A stretch of 64,000 nucleotides of DNA from Malacoraja senta. Lineage: Eukaryota. A program made the translations under genes and the position numbers. The DNA lies in NCBI GenBank assembly GCA_038087875.1, contig JAXLNO010000341.1, positions 124,001 through 188,000 of the forward strand, in the 5' to 3' direction. The notes below the pieces were generated by a model. The model saw nothing but the letters and a program-made list of their open reading frames with translations, made no database searches and was not told the origin of the DNA. Position 1 is the first letter of the stretch. The number at the start of each line of letters is the position of its first letter. Below are positions 1-11,529 of the stretch, in pieces.

Positions 1-1039
1 TAATAACTGTTCACACTGTAACACAGGACTCATTGTTGTCAAGTAAGGATAATTTTCGATGTGTGTGCAAAAGGCATCACGTCCACATTTTAGATGCCGA
101 TGATGATCCCAATTAACTGAAGATCCTAATTTTTAGGGACAAAAAAATAATTTTGAAAATATGTGGTGTACAGGCTTGTATATAACCTTTGACTCTTGGG
201 TGCTGCACAAACAGAAATATCAAAGTTGAGCCGTTCATGCTTGAAAGAATAGCATAATACTACCAATATCATCTTGACACTGGCTTTCTTTTGCTTTCTG
301 GTCACAAAAGAGTTTTTGACCAATCAAATGTTACTTCCTAAAGATCTGAACTATTGTCCTCCATTCAAAACCATAGGATATTATCCGAGGATTAAAACTA
401 TTGATCCTCTAGTTTAAATAAGCAAAAGTGGGGAACAATGAAGCTTGAAAAGCTCTGTCTATGGTAAGGCTTTAGATGATCTGACCACCGCTTTGTGTCT
501 GATACAAAAATGAAATGTTCGCTGGTTGTCAAAACGTTATTCACAGAGGGTAGTAGAGGATCTTGTGTTGTCCCTCAGCTGAAGAGAAACACGGCAACAA
601 GTCAAACCAGTCTACATGATACTTGTTATGGCCAATTTATCTGGATCACGGTCATATTTAGAGTAACATTTAGCAGTGGCCATCTTGCTGGTTAAGTATG
701 TGATTCAAAGATCAGAGTTTCAAAGATCAGAGCTGTATTCCTGCCCTCATTCAGTCTGTAATGTTGCTTTGAAAACATGGTTCAGTACAAGTTTAGTTGG
801 ACAGAATACTTGTGACAGTTACTGCCGACAGCAACAATAGCCTGACTAATAAATCATGCTTAGCTTAATGTAGGCTTATAGTATTCATGCTAATGTGGAT
901 GTTCTTTCAAATCGTATAAATGTTATTGTTCTGTTATGCCCTTGATTAAACCTATTTTAGCATGTATGTAAAAGGCAATGGGGGGATGATGTGAGGTCAT
1001 TCTTTGGTAGAAAGAAGAGGAAAATAATGTTTTCAATGA

Positions 1040-1710
1040 TAAACAAGTAAATGTTGTTGTTCAAAGGAATCTGGTTTACAGGTTCTCGAGGCGCAGAAAA
1101 TAAATGGTACAGGAAATAATTTCGCTGGTCTTTAGTACAAGATTATTGCAGTGCCAAAGCAAGGATGTATTTTTACAGATACACAGAACTTTTCTAAGAC
1201 CACATCTGGAGTATTATGTATGGTTTGGGACTCTGTATCCCAACAAAGATCCCAGGAATTAGTAGGTTGACCTATGATGAGCGTTTGTCAGCACAGGACC
1301 TGCATTCGCTGGAGTTTAGAAGAATGAGGGGGGGGACCTCATTGAAACATACAGAATAGCGAAAGGCTTGGATAGAGTGGATGTGAAGAGGATGTTTCCA
1401 CTTGTCTAGCACTAGTTATGGCCTCAGAATTATAGGACGTTCTTTTAGGAAGGAAATGAGGAGACATTTCTTTAGTCAGAGGGTGGTGAATCTGTGGAAT
1501 TCTTCCACAGTAGGCTGTAGAGGCCAAGTCATTGGATATTTCCACAGCAGAGATAGATAGATTTTTGATTAGTACGGGTGTCAGATGTTATGGGGAGAAG
1601 GCAGGAGAATGAGGTTAGGAGGGAGAGATAGATCAGCCATGATTGAATGGCCGAGTTGACTTGATGGGCCGAATGGCCTAATTCTACTCCTATCACTTAT
1701 GACCTTATGA
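1040..1710 (+). mobile_element. CR1 LINE, degenerate 3' fragment
   Basis: Broken RT C-terminal motifs (RPHLEY, SLEFRRMRG) followed by the CR1-type 3' UTR gatcagccatgattgaatgg...gggccgaatggcctaattctactcct, which recurs across the window. Confidence 0.85.
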
Positions 1711-2588
1711 TGTATGTGCTTGCCTGCAATTAATATAGTCAGTACATTCAAATTAAATCCAGTCATCTTGCACAGAAAATATAATGCGCCTGTCCGAACC
1801 ATCTGCATCAAAACTTAGAATGACTTGGATTTGCATGGATGCAATTACAAGAGTGGAAATCTGGACTTGCTGAATGGCAGATGGCCCAATATCTTTTGCT
1901 AGGCTCAACATTGGAACCTGAAACACCACTGATGTCAATGGAGATTCCAAATCTGTGTATTAGGAGGGTATTGTTAGTACACACAAGCATCAAGTGAAAC
2001 CGACTCAAGGCTCAACAGCTTGTCCACTCTCTGTGTAAAGCCATTTAAAAAAATGTAAAAAATAGACCTTATTCATGATTTACACACAATGAATGCAACT
2101 GGCACACTTTTCTTCCTTTACAGTCATTGTGCTACCCATCCAATGCATCGTCTTGCAATGGATCAATGTTACTTAAGTTTCCTCATTTATTAATGTACCT
2201 GTCAAGTGTTTGAGAGATGGTAAAACAGGCCCCCATATCTCAACATCTCATTGCAGCAGAGCCTTAGTATGTGGTCCTTCCCCACAAAGCCTTTGCGGTG
2301 GCTGTACCAAGCTTCAGTGTGTTCCTCAGTAAATATGTCTACAACTTGGAATGTGCCAATTGGCAGCATTCACTTATGGACATATCCTTACTACAACACC
2401 AACTATGTTCAAGCGAAGCAAATAGTATCCATCACCGACTTGATGACCTTCCCGAAGCAATTGATGTTTGTCTCAAGGTGCATCCCTGAGAACAGCCCAT
2501 AAACCAGGGCCTTCTGTTGCCCACCAGCTCTGAGCAAATCTGGTAAGGACCATTGAATCATTTTCTAGATCTTCTTTTCTAGATCTGG

Positions 2589-2672
2589 GATGATCAGCCA
2601 TGATCATATTGAATGGCGGTGCTGGCTCGAAGGGCTAAATGGCCTACACCTGCACCTGTTTTCTATGTTTCT
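2589..2672 (+). mobile_element. CR1 3' tail inserted in the Tx1 remnant
   Basis: gatgatcagccatgatcatattgaatggcggtgctggctcgaagggctaaatggcctac; same tail as at 43960-44043 and 50812-50955. Confidence 0.85.
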
Positions 2673-3061
2673 TGACAAATGCACAGTGTGGGAAGAAGTG
2701 AATGTTTTTCACATCCTCACTGCAGCCATCTTGAGGAAAGCATGCAATAGGATTGAGACTGGCTTTTGTAGGAAGGATCTGACAGGAAGGGTCCCTCTCA
2801 CTGTCAGTCAAATGCGATCTTCGTGTTTATTTGTATGTTCTGGTGACGACTTTGACAGCCTGCTCAGGAAATCATTTCGCAGGATCCATCATGTCCTTCT
2901 CCCGTGGAGCCTGCAGGATGTTCTGTGCTGATCATTGCTAGATGGAGCTATGGTCAAAGGTGTAGGTGTTACGGAAACATTTCTATGAAGGACAAGGAAT
3001 GCAGCAATGTTGCATGGTCCATCCTCTGCAACACAGTTAACCACAACAAAGACTGATACCC

Positions 3062-3384
3062 AGTTTAGTTTAGAGATAGTGTGGAAACAGGCTCTTCGGG
3101 CCCACCGAGTCCGCTCGACCAGCGATCCCTGCACATTAACACCACCACACAACCCTATACACACCAGTGACAATTTACATTTATATCAAGCCAATTAACC
3201 TACAAACCTGTACGTCTTTAGAGTGTGGGAGGAAACCGAAGATCTCGGAAAAAAAAACCACGCAGATCACAGGGAGAGCGTACAAACTCCGTACAGACAG
3301 CACCCGTAGTCGGGAATGAACTCGGATCTCCAGCGTGCAAGCACTGTAAGGCAGCAACTCTACTGCTGCGCCACTGTGCCACCC
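3062..3384 (-). mobile_element. tRNA-derived V-SINE (HE1-like)
   Basis: Minus strand shows a tRNA-like head with A/B boxes, a V-domain-like core (gagtttgtacg..ctccc..gtggttt..ggtttcctcccac) and a CR1-like tail ending in (ctaaa)n. Confidence 0.85.
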
Positions 3385-3806
3385 TTATGTTTGTGTACTT
3401 CGGTTGGATGGATACCTTGAAGCAGCCACATACCAAAGTGGCAATTGGATAGGGGCTACACTGGATACATTTCCCCCTGCTTTCTCTGGAGACGTGCATC
3501 ATGGGCCCACAGAAGCAATTCATTCTTGGTCTTTGGATGAATAGAGTGACTGTTATGGTATGGTATGGGCACATGTGCAGCATGTTCACCAACACTAAGA
3601 GCGTCTTGCACTGGATGGCAGAGTTCTTAGCCCACACTGAAAGAGAGCAATGTTCCCAATTTCCCTTGGCTATCTGCTCCAGCCAATTCTTTCCATGTGT
3701 CCCAGCTCTTCTGAACCAGATTCTCAGCACACTCAGGTGGTCAGACTTAATTGTGATGAAGGGTCCAAAGGATCAGTTAGATTAGTTGCCAAAAATCAAA
3801 GCCTTA

Positions 3807-4011
3807 AGGGCCTGTCCCACTTGACCATTTTTTCGGCGACTGCCGGCATCATTGACTGACGTAACAGTTCACCGAAAATTTTGCGGCGTGATGACGTATG
3901 ACGTGCAGTGTTTTTTCAAGTGTCGCAACATTTTTTTTGTCGCCGCTGGATTTTGAAATATTCTAAATCTTTTGGCGACACTGATATGAATCGCCAAGTG
4001 GGACTGGCCCT
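3807..4011. mobile_element. MITE, PIF/Harbinger-like
   Basis: TIRs agggcctgtcccacttg / caagtgggactggccct, flanked by TTA and TAA; no coding capacity. Confidence 0.75.
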
Positions 4012-4327
4012 TAACTTTTGCTATGACCTGGCGCCAGCTGAAATTGGTTGCAGATGCTGATCAATCAGCAAGATGACAAGGCATCTGGGAAGAAGACAGT
4101 AATGTCATTGATGTCAGGGGAGGATTTGATCTGAGTGCCCTCACTGCCTCATGTCCCCATCCTCTTCAGCCCATGTCATTCATGATGGATGCCACAAAGG
4201 CTTCAATACAACTCACAAACAAGACGGTGGAGAGTGCAAAGCCTTGCCTGACTCCAGATTTGATGGGGTAAATTTGCATTTCCCATTCGTCAATTTGGCT
4301 GTGCTGTGGTTACATTTTGCAAGCAGC

Positions 4328-4655
4328 ACAATAGACAATAGGTGCACGATTAGGCCATTCGGCCCTTCGAGCCAGCACCGCCATTCAATGTGATCATGGC
4401 TGATCATCCACAATCAGTACCCCGTTCCTGCCTTCTCCCCATATCCCCTGACTCCGCTATCTTTAAGAGCCATATCTAGCTCCCTCTTGAAAGTATCCAG
4501 AGAACCGGCCTCCACCGCCCTCTGAAGCAGTGAAGTCCACAGACTCACAACTCTCTGTGTGAAAAAAGTGTTTCCTCATCTCTGTTCTAAATGGCTTACC
4601 CCTTATTCTTAAACTGTGGTCCCTGGTTCTGGACTCCCCCAACATCGGGAACATG
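4328..4655 (-). mobile_element. CR1 LINE 3' end
   Basis: Minus-strand MFPMLGESRTRDHSLRIRGKPFRTEMRK plus CR1 3' UTR; close to the + strand copy at 43162-44043. Confidence 0.9.
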
Positions 4656-4990
4656 AATGGATCACTATTCTTTGTCGCAAGGATCGAGAGTCCTGGAGGC
4701 TGTGTTGCCTGCCTGGTGTCTGGGTTCAGGACATCTCACCATCCGAGGAACTTGGGATGAGGTGGGAAAGATCCAGTTGTCATGCTCCATGTGAGTACCG
4801 CTGATGCAGGTTGTAAAATGAAAGAACTTCTGCTGAAGGAATTTGAGCAGCTATGGACTAAATTAAGTAAAACAACAAAAAAAGGTAATAATCTCTGGAT
4901 AGCTCTTTGAGCCATGAGCAAATTGGCATCGGGTCGACAACATGATAGTGGCTCAAAGATTGGTGTGGGAAGGCAGCATGAAAGCAAAAG
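4656..4990 (+). mobile_element. CR1 ORF1 (SGNH-esterase-like) remnant
   Basis: LCRKDRESWRLCCLPGVWVQDIS resembles the CR1 ORF1 motif CCLPGARVRDVS; degenerate downstream. Confidence 0.55.
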
Positions 4991-5339
4991 AGAAGGCATA
5001 TAATCTGGCAAGGATTAGTGAGAGTGTAATTACAGATTACAGGGATGAGGATCATTGGTCATTCCCATGATAACCATGAAGATTGGCATCAGACTGAGAC
5101 CCCACAAAGGTGGCTCTCATACTTCTATTCTTTTGGCACACATCAATCTCCATTCATCTGGCTCTGATCCCATCTTCTCTCATTCCCCCCCCCTCCCCAC
5201 CTCCAACCTTCGGCAGGCCGGTTCCAACCTGATGTAATATTCAGTCATGGCTTGAGGTGGCAAGCTAGGCAATAGTGACTGGAAATCTGACCACCTTCCA
5301 TTTACCTTTAAAGCCATTACTGTTGTGACGTTCCTCAAT

Positions 5340-5772
5340 CATTTTGGGCACCATACTTGAGGAAGGATGTGCTAGCTCTGGAGAGGGTCCAGAGGAGGTT
5401 TACAATAATTATCACAGGAATGAGTGGGTTAACATATAATGAGCGTTTGATGGAACTGGGCCTCTACTCGCTGGAGTTTAGAAGAATGAGGGGAGATCTC
5501 AATGAAACTTACCGGATCGTGAAAAGCTTGGATAGAGTTGATGTGGAGAAGATGTTTCCACTAGCGGGAGAGTCTAAAATTAGTCATACCCTCATAATTA
5601 AAGGACAATCCTTTAGGAAGATGAGGAGGAATTTCTTTAGTCAGAGGTGTGGTGAATCTGTGAAATTCTATGCCACAGAAGGCTGTGGAGGTCGTCAATG
5701 GATATTTTTAAGGAAGAGACAGATAGATTCTTGATTAGTATGGGTGTCAGGGGTTATTGGGAGAAGGCAGGA
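5340..5772 (+). mobile_element. CR1 LINE 3' RT fragment
   Basis: ORF 5357-5734: RKDVLALERVQRRFT...LGLYSLEFRRMRGDL. Confidence 0.9.
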
Positions 5773-5829
5773 GCCCCCTTAAATGTTCATTCCTCCACCA
5801 CTGTTGTAAAGTGCTCGCATTGTGCTCTG

Positions 5830-6497
5830 TTCATAATCATAATCGTAATTTATTAGCCAAGTATGTTTTGCAACATACGAGGAATTTGGTTTGCCATACA
5901 GTCATAACAAAAAAGCAACAAGACACACAACTACGTAAAAATTGACATAAGCATCCACCACAGCGGCTTCTCCACGTTCCTCACTGTGAAGGCAATAAAG
6001 TCTTATCTTCTTTCCTCCTTTCCTCCAGCGGTCGGGGGAGTCGAACTATCCGCAGCCAGCGATCGAGCTCCCTCATCGGGGCGGTCGAACTCCTGCGGCT
6101 TGGTGTTCCTGAAATCGGTCTCTCACCAGAGACTGCGTGCTCCATGATGTTAAAGTCCGCAGCTCCCGCAGGTTGGAGCACCAAACACCGACCCCCGGCA
6201 AAGGGATCGCCCACTCCAAGATGTTAAAGTCCGCAGGCTCCGTGGTTTTGGAGCTCTAGAATTCCCAAACAAGAGGCCGCCAACTCCACGATGTTAGGCC
6301 GCAGTGCGGACGGGGTTACGACACGGAAAAAGTTGCATCTCTGTCGAGGAAAGAGATAAAAAAAGTTTCTTACACCCCCCCACACATAATACAAAACTAA
6401 AGATAAACTAAAACATACATTTTACAACAAACTAAAAACACAAACAAGGAAAAGACGAAGACAGACCGTTGGCGAAGCAGCCATCGTGCGGCGCCTC
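5830..6497 (-). mobile_element. Non-autonomous CpG-rich retroposon, copy 1
   Basis: Minus strand starts ggcgcc..atggctgc, repeats gcggactttaacatcNtggag, and ends in a LINE-like stem-loop, aataaa and (gattat)n. Related sequence at 47905-48600 and 57905-63950. Confidence 0.65.
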
Positions 6498-6584
6498 CTG
6501 GTTCATATTAATTAAAGCAAGTTCAGCTCCTTTCAAATGTGTGACCTCCACTACCAAGGGCAAAGGAGGGAGATACATATGGGG

Positions 6585-7030
6585 GCACACCAATATCCAG
6601 TTTGACCTTTCTGTCCTAGGTCTCCTCCATTGTCAGAGTGAGGCTAAACGCAAATTGGAGGAACAGCATCTAATATTTCGCTTTGGCAACTTACACCCCA
6701 GCAGTATGAATATTGGTTTCTCTAACTTCAAGTAACCCCGGCATTCCCTAGCTCTCGCACCAGTTTCTCGTTTCACCCAACAAACAGCTGACAATGGCCT
6801 GTTTCCTTTATCATCATTACTTTTTTGCATATCTTTCATTCATTGTTCATTATCTCACTACATCATCTTCTATATCTCTCATTTCCCTTATCCATAACTA
6901 GTCTGAAGAAGGGTCTCGACGCGAAACGTCACCCATTTCTTTCTCTCGAGATGCTGCCTGTCCCGCTGAGTTACTCCAGCTTTTTGTGTCTATCTTCGGT
7001 TTAAACCAGCATCTGCAGTTCATTCCTACC
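6585..7030 (+). mobile_element. Penelope-like element 3' fragment with hammerhead-core tail
   Basis: DLSVLGLLHCQSEAKRKLEEQHLIFRFGNLHP (GIY-YIG C-terminus), then CTGAAGA..GAAACGTC at 6903-6930. Confidence 0.85.
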
Positions 7031-7192
7031 CAGTTTCCTTCAAGTCACACTTTGACTTGACATTGAAATATATTGCATTTCCTTCATGCTTAGTAGGTAT
7101 AAATCCTGGAACTTCCCCCCTGTGCTCCGTCATTGCCAGTGATACCATCACTCATAATTGAATGCAACAAATGTAATCATTCAAAATCTTCT

Positions 7193-7669
7193 TCTTCTTC
7201 GAGTCTGTTGCAATCTCAGATGTCGTTCTGCCAGTATCTGGCGCAGGTCACAGCTGGTCGAGTCGGTTCAGCCAGGTCCTGGGGGCTGCACTGGGGGGCG
7301 TCGTCACACTCCAGTAGGTGGGACATTGTCTGTACTGCTCCACAGCTGCATGTGTCTTCTGCCTGGTAGTTCCATGCTTTCATAAGTGCTTTACACCTCC
7401 CCTGCTCCACTCGTAATCTGTTGAGGATCTTCCAGGTTGGCCATGGGAGGTCGTGCCCGCTGGCGAGGCATTCAGTCAGAGTGATTCCTCTCTCCATCCA
7501 GTCGTGGGCTCGTGTGTTGAGCTGGTTCCATTCATCTTTCCAGATGTTGGTCCTTGCTGTTTCTTTGGTTGTCTGGAGAAGTGGGACTGTCTGCAAGAAA
7601 CTGGCTCTGGATTTCAGTCGGGGTGGAGGTGCTGTGTGTCCGTGCAGGGGGTGAAACATTTGTGGAGAT
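7193..7669 (-). mobile_element. Vingi/Ingi-like LINE 3' fragment
   Basis: Open 147-aa frame with RLKSR, DLPW..W..LNRLR...GRC and a C-terminal CSCG..QT..H...C knuckle; stop followed by a short (gaa)n tail; candidate TSD aatcttct at 7185-7192 and 7670-7677. Confidence 0.7.
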
Positions 7670-8354
7670 AATCTTCTGAGTTTGAATTCGCTGTCAGTAT
7701 CCTCTGCTCAGGAATTTGTATGAATGCTTTTCTGTCTATCATGAGGATTGATAATTTTTCACAGCTTTTGACTATAAATCTTACTCTGAAGGTTGTTACT
7801 TTTGAAGTTTCATTTTAAAGCATTCTTCGATGTAGCTGTAGACTAGGTTTAACTTTCTGTTGACATGCAGAGAAGCAGACCATGGCTGTCACTTCTATCT
7901 TACCATTCAGCAGATGCTGTTTTGATGCAGATTTTGATTAATATTAACTTTGGGTCGAACCTTTTTTGGCATTGTGTGACTGCATTGCTGAGTATTTGAT
8001 TGACATAGAACAGTGCAGTACGTTAACAGGTCTGACTCATCCACATTATTGATTACTTGTCTTTTAGTGCATGGCAGTTCTCTGCATTTCTTTAATTGTA
8101 GTTTAGTTTATAATTACACCATGGAAATGGGCCCTTCAGTCCAACGAGTCCACGCTGACCATTGATCACCTTTCCATGCTAGATCTATATTATCTCACTT
8201 TCCCATCCATTTCCTACACACTAAGGGCAATTTACAGAGGCCAATTTAGCTTCAGGATATAATGATTCTGCCAAATATCACCATGTTATCAAAAAAATTG
8301 CAACGGTAACCAGGCTTCAGTATCGTACTTGGACAAGTGGTTGTACAATAGACA

Positions 8355-8547
8355 CCAGGAACTACAGATGTTGGTTTACAAAAAACAGAGACATAGTCTT
8401 GGAGTAACTCAGCGAGACAGCCAACAGCTCTGGAGAACATGGATAGGTGATATTTCGGGTCAGGATCCTTCTTTCAACCTGAAACATTGTTTATCTATAT
8501 TCTCCACAGATGCTGCCAGACCAGCTGATTTACTCCAGCACTTTGCG
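8355..8547. mobile_element. Penelope-derived fold-back mini-element (degenerate)
   Basis: Inverted halves of the Penelope 3' tail: ggagtaactcagc..ctggagaacatggatag versus ctatattctccacagatgctg..ttactccagca. Confidence 0.7.
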
Positions 8548-8553
8548 CCTTTA

Positions 8554-8625
8554 AGGGCCTGTCCCACTTTGCAATTTTTTTCGGCGACTGCGAGTGTCAA
8601 TGACTGACGCCCGTAAAACCGTCAA
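8554..8625 (+). mobile_element. Truncated MITE of the 3807 family (left end only)
   Basis: tta-agggcctgtcccactttgcaattttttt-cggcgactg matches 3807-3860; no right TIR found. Confidence 0.7.
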
Positions 8626-8889
8626 GTTGTCCAATATACATGCTTACATATGCTCTCCTGCGGGTGACACCCGGTTAGGGTCAGGGCTAGGGTTAGGGTT
8701 AGCAGAGCTGCCAAGTAGTACGGATTTTCCGCATTTTGTACGGATATGCGATAAGAATACGGATGTACGATTTTGTGTTGTTAAATACGAATTTTAAATA
8801 CAGAGTTCAGTTCAGTCTGAAGAAGGGTCTCGACCAGAAACATCACCCATTCCTTCTTTCCAGAGTCACTGCCTGTCCCGCTCCAGGTT

Positions 8890-9050
8890 TAAACAGAGCG
8901 CTGTCAGTTCAACGCGTGGGAATTTAAACAAAGAGCTGTCAGCTGCAGCGCTGTGGGTTCTAAATATAGTGCTACCGGCTGGAGCGCTATGGGCTTTAAA
9001 CATAGCGCTATGGGCTTTACACATAGAGCTATGGCCACAGCGCTATGGGG
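8890..9050. repeat. Degenerate minisatellite
   Basis: Repeated units built on aaacatagcgctatgggcttt / gcgctgtcag. Confidence 0.65.
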
Positions 9051-9237
9051 TCACAGACACTTCAGGAAAATTCTCGTATTACAATGAGTTTGGAATTCTC
9101 TTTCTCAGTGGTAGTTGAGCCTTTGATTATTTTTCAGGCCGTGGTAGAATTCTGGATAAGCCCAGTGGTGAAAGGTTACCAGTGGGATTGTAGTTACATT
9201 GGGATTGGCCTTGATTTTACAGAACGGTGGGTGGGCT

Positions 9238-9475
9238 CAAGGGGGAGAAAGGGAGGGGTGGAGAGAGGGAGGGGTGGAGAGGGAGAGGATGGATAGGGGA
9301 GGGAGAGAGGGAGAAGGAGGGAGGGAGAGAGAGAGAGAGGGAGGGAGGGAATAAGAGAGGGAGGGAGAAAAAAAATGAAGGAGAGAGGGAGCGTGGGAAG
9401 GGAAAAGGGGAGGGAGGGAGAGAAAGAGGGAGGGCGAGAGGGATGGAGAGAGGGAGGGAGAGAGGGGGAGGGAGG
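9238..9475 (+). repeat. Polypurine (G/A) low-complexity tract
   Basis: About 235 nt made almost entirely of G and A (gggag, gaga units). Confidence 0.95.
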
Positions 9476-11059
9476 CTTCCAAAATGGTTTCTACATCTGG
9501 TGCTAAAAGCAGGAAGCAGCCGTTCAAACAGCAGTATACAAAGGGATGGCAATGAATGCACTGTCATGTAAGGTGCGCAGAAGACATGTCAATTGGTAGC
9601 AAAGTTATGCATTCTTGTACTCTTACACGGGTATGATCGCACATAAAAAACAACATTTTTTTCAGTTGTGACATGACTTCCTCCACATTTGAATCTTGTA
9701 AACTATAATATAATAATAATAATAAATTTTATTTATATATTTGTCCAGCATGTAAGCAAGGTATCAGATTACCATGTAGTTTAAGCATATTTGCAGTTGT
9801 GGGCCTATTGCTCAATTGACTGTATCTTCACATAAATTGTGAAATATCCAAAAATAACTTGGGAGAAGACAGTGTCTTTTGATCGTAACTAGTGTTTTTA
9901 TTTTGTTTGGGATTTCCTTCTCTGCAGAGTATTGGAAGAATACCTGGGTTTATAGCCCAATGATATCGAAATGATTTGTTTTCTGCATTTATCTCCCCAA
10001 AATCACTCAGCTAAACATGCCTTCAGTGTAGTGCAGGGAAAAAGATAGACACGTGAGGAATTAATACTGTGTCCATACTTCAACAAATAGATTATAGAAT
10101 TAATGGATTCTGCTAGGGATTTCTGACATACTCTTCCACCCATGCAATTGTAAAGAGCTTGAGTTTGCTCAAGGTGTGTTCCTAGTTTATCTGCAATGTA
10201 AGGGGCAGGGAAGTGGCAGCCTTGTGGTTTTAAGGTTAGAATGGCATTGCTTTTATTGAATGGATACACACTTGACTAGATTTCAAGAAGGACTGCATTA
10301 TGGCTGGTTATGGTAGTGCAATGGTTAAGTCACTGGAGTGGATTCCAGTGGCCTGGTATATTGATCCAGGTATGGAGTTTGAATCCTGTTTGTGTCCATC
10401 GTGAAATTGGAGGCTGCCTGGCAACATTCGTTGTTCGGTGGTTGGATTGTGGTCGAGAGGGAGGCGCACTGTAGTCGGAAAGTCTCGGTAAAAAAAAGAT
10501 ACCTGTTTGCTAAACAACAATAGTACCTCCTATCATCTGTCCATTGAACAAGCTCTTACAATGGAGACATTTCTGGTGCATTCAAGTGTGTTGAGAAGGA
10601 CAGAAGTGTTAAGCACAAAAGCAAGATTTGGTCAGAGGAAAGTGATGGGGGAACGTTGGTATCTAAGAGCTATTGAGTTTGACACCCGAGGAAGAAAGGT
10701 TGAAAAAAAAATGTGAAAGCTTAATGTGGAGAAGGATGTGATGGGCCTGCAGTGCAGAACACTTTTGTACCAGCGAGTTGGTGCTGCAGAAGGGAATGGT
10801 CAAGAGCAATCACGTGCCAGTATTTATCCATGATTCTCAGGATGTGGTGACAACATTGATTTGAGGAACACTTAAAACAATGAACGTAATATTTTAAAGG
10901 GATATATTTTTTTAATGGTACTTGATTCATATTATCATTAATATTACATGGGACCTCTGGGAGGAAATGAAAGTGTTATGATGTGTGGAAGTGCAGTGTC
11001 TTAGTACTGAAAACATCCACAATTATAATCAAATAAACTGCTTTCACTGATCATTTGAA

Positions 11060-11230
11060 GAATGAATATTGATCAGGATATTCTCAAATGAAACTTGCCT
11101 GCAAACGTCTCACCAGAAAGATGACATCTCCAAAATTGCAGCACTCCTTGAGACTGTACAGGTGTGTCAGTTCAGATTATGTGCTCAGGTCTCTGACTTG
11201 ACTTTCTGACTGGGCTCCGAGTTTAGGCTA
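11060..11230 (-). mobile_element. Old SINE remnant (LF-SINE-like core)
   Basis: gcagcactccttgagactgtacaggtgtgtcagttcagattatgtgctcaggtctctg resembles, from memory, the reverse complement of an ancient vertebrate SINE core; not verified by search. Confidence 0.4.
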
Positions 11231-11365
11231 AGACCTTGAAATAGGATTTAAATGCAAAAGATTAAGTATGAGAGTTTTTTTATTTACAAAGGCAATTTTA
11301 ATGCTCTGGATTATATTACTGGAGTTAATAATTGAACCGGAAAGCACATTCGTATTTAAGAATAT

Positions 11366-11510
11366 GTAAGGTGGTTGAATTAAAGAATGTGGGAATGGAG
11401 TTTAGAGCTATTAATGTGAAACAAACATTAGCAGATAGGTAAGGTGGTTGAATTAAAGAATGTGGGAATGGAGTTTAGAGCTATTAATGTGAAACAAACA
11501 TTAGCAGATA
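11366..11510. repeat. Perfect 72-bp tandem duplication
   Basis: 11366-11437 is identical to 11439-11510 (gtaaggtggttg...ttagcagata). Confidence 0.95.
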
Positions 11511-11529
11511 ATTGGGCTCATCAGCTTAT

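Larger units (their letters stand above)
2045..4320 (-). mobile_element. Tx1/L1-clade LINE, decayed ORF2 (RT to C-terminus), interrupted by three younger insertions
   Basis: Minus-strand translation gives SGVRQG..LS.VLFVSCIE (about 4270-4200), VLRIWF..KNWLEQIAK (3730-3670), ATLVCGCFK and a C-terminal YGLFSG..ECCQLAHSKL..LKLGTATAKALWGRTTY* (about 2500-2263). Many stops and frameshifts. Confidence 0.75.

Noticed and set aside
8890..9050. CRISPR-like array
   Set aside because: Degenerate tandem units without unique spacers, in a eukaryotic context with no cas genes.
9217..9571. G/E/R-rich and S/P/L-rich ORFs
   Set aside because: They are translations of the polypurine low-complexity tract.
9905..9990. 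Possible upstream ELOVL6 exon (ctgcag acceptor followed by WKN..)
   Set aside because: The translation does not continue as the expected KKSFLFSALYAAF-type exon; the upstream exons seem to lie outside the window.
10305..10400. Deu-domain SINE remnants here and at about 45570-45790
   Set aside because: The resemblance is from memory and too degenerate to support without a search.
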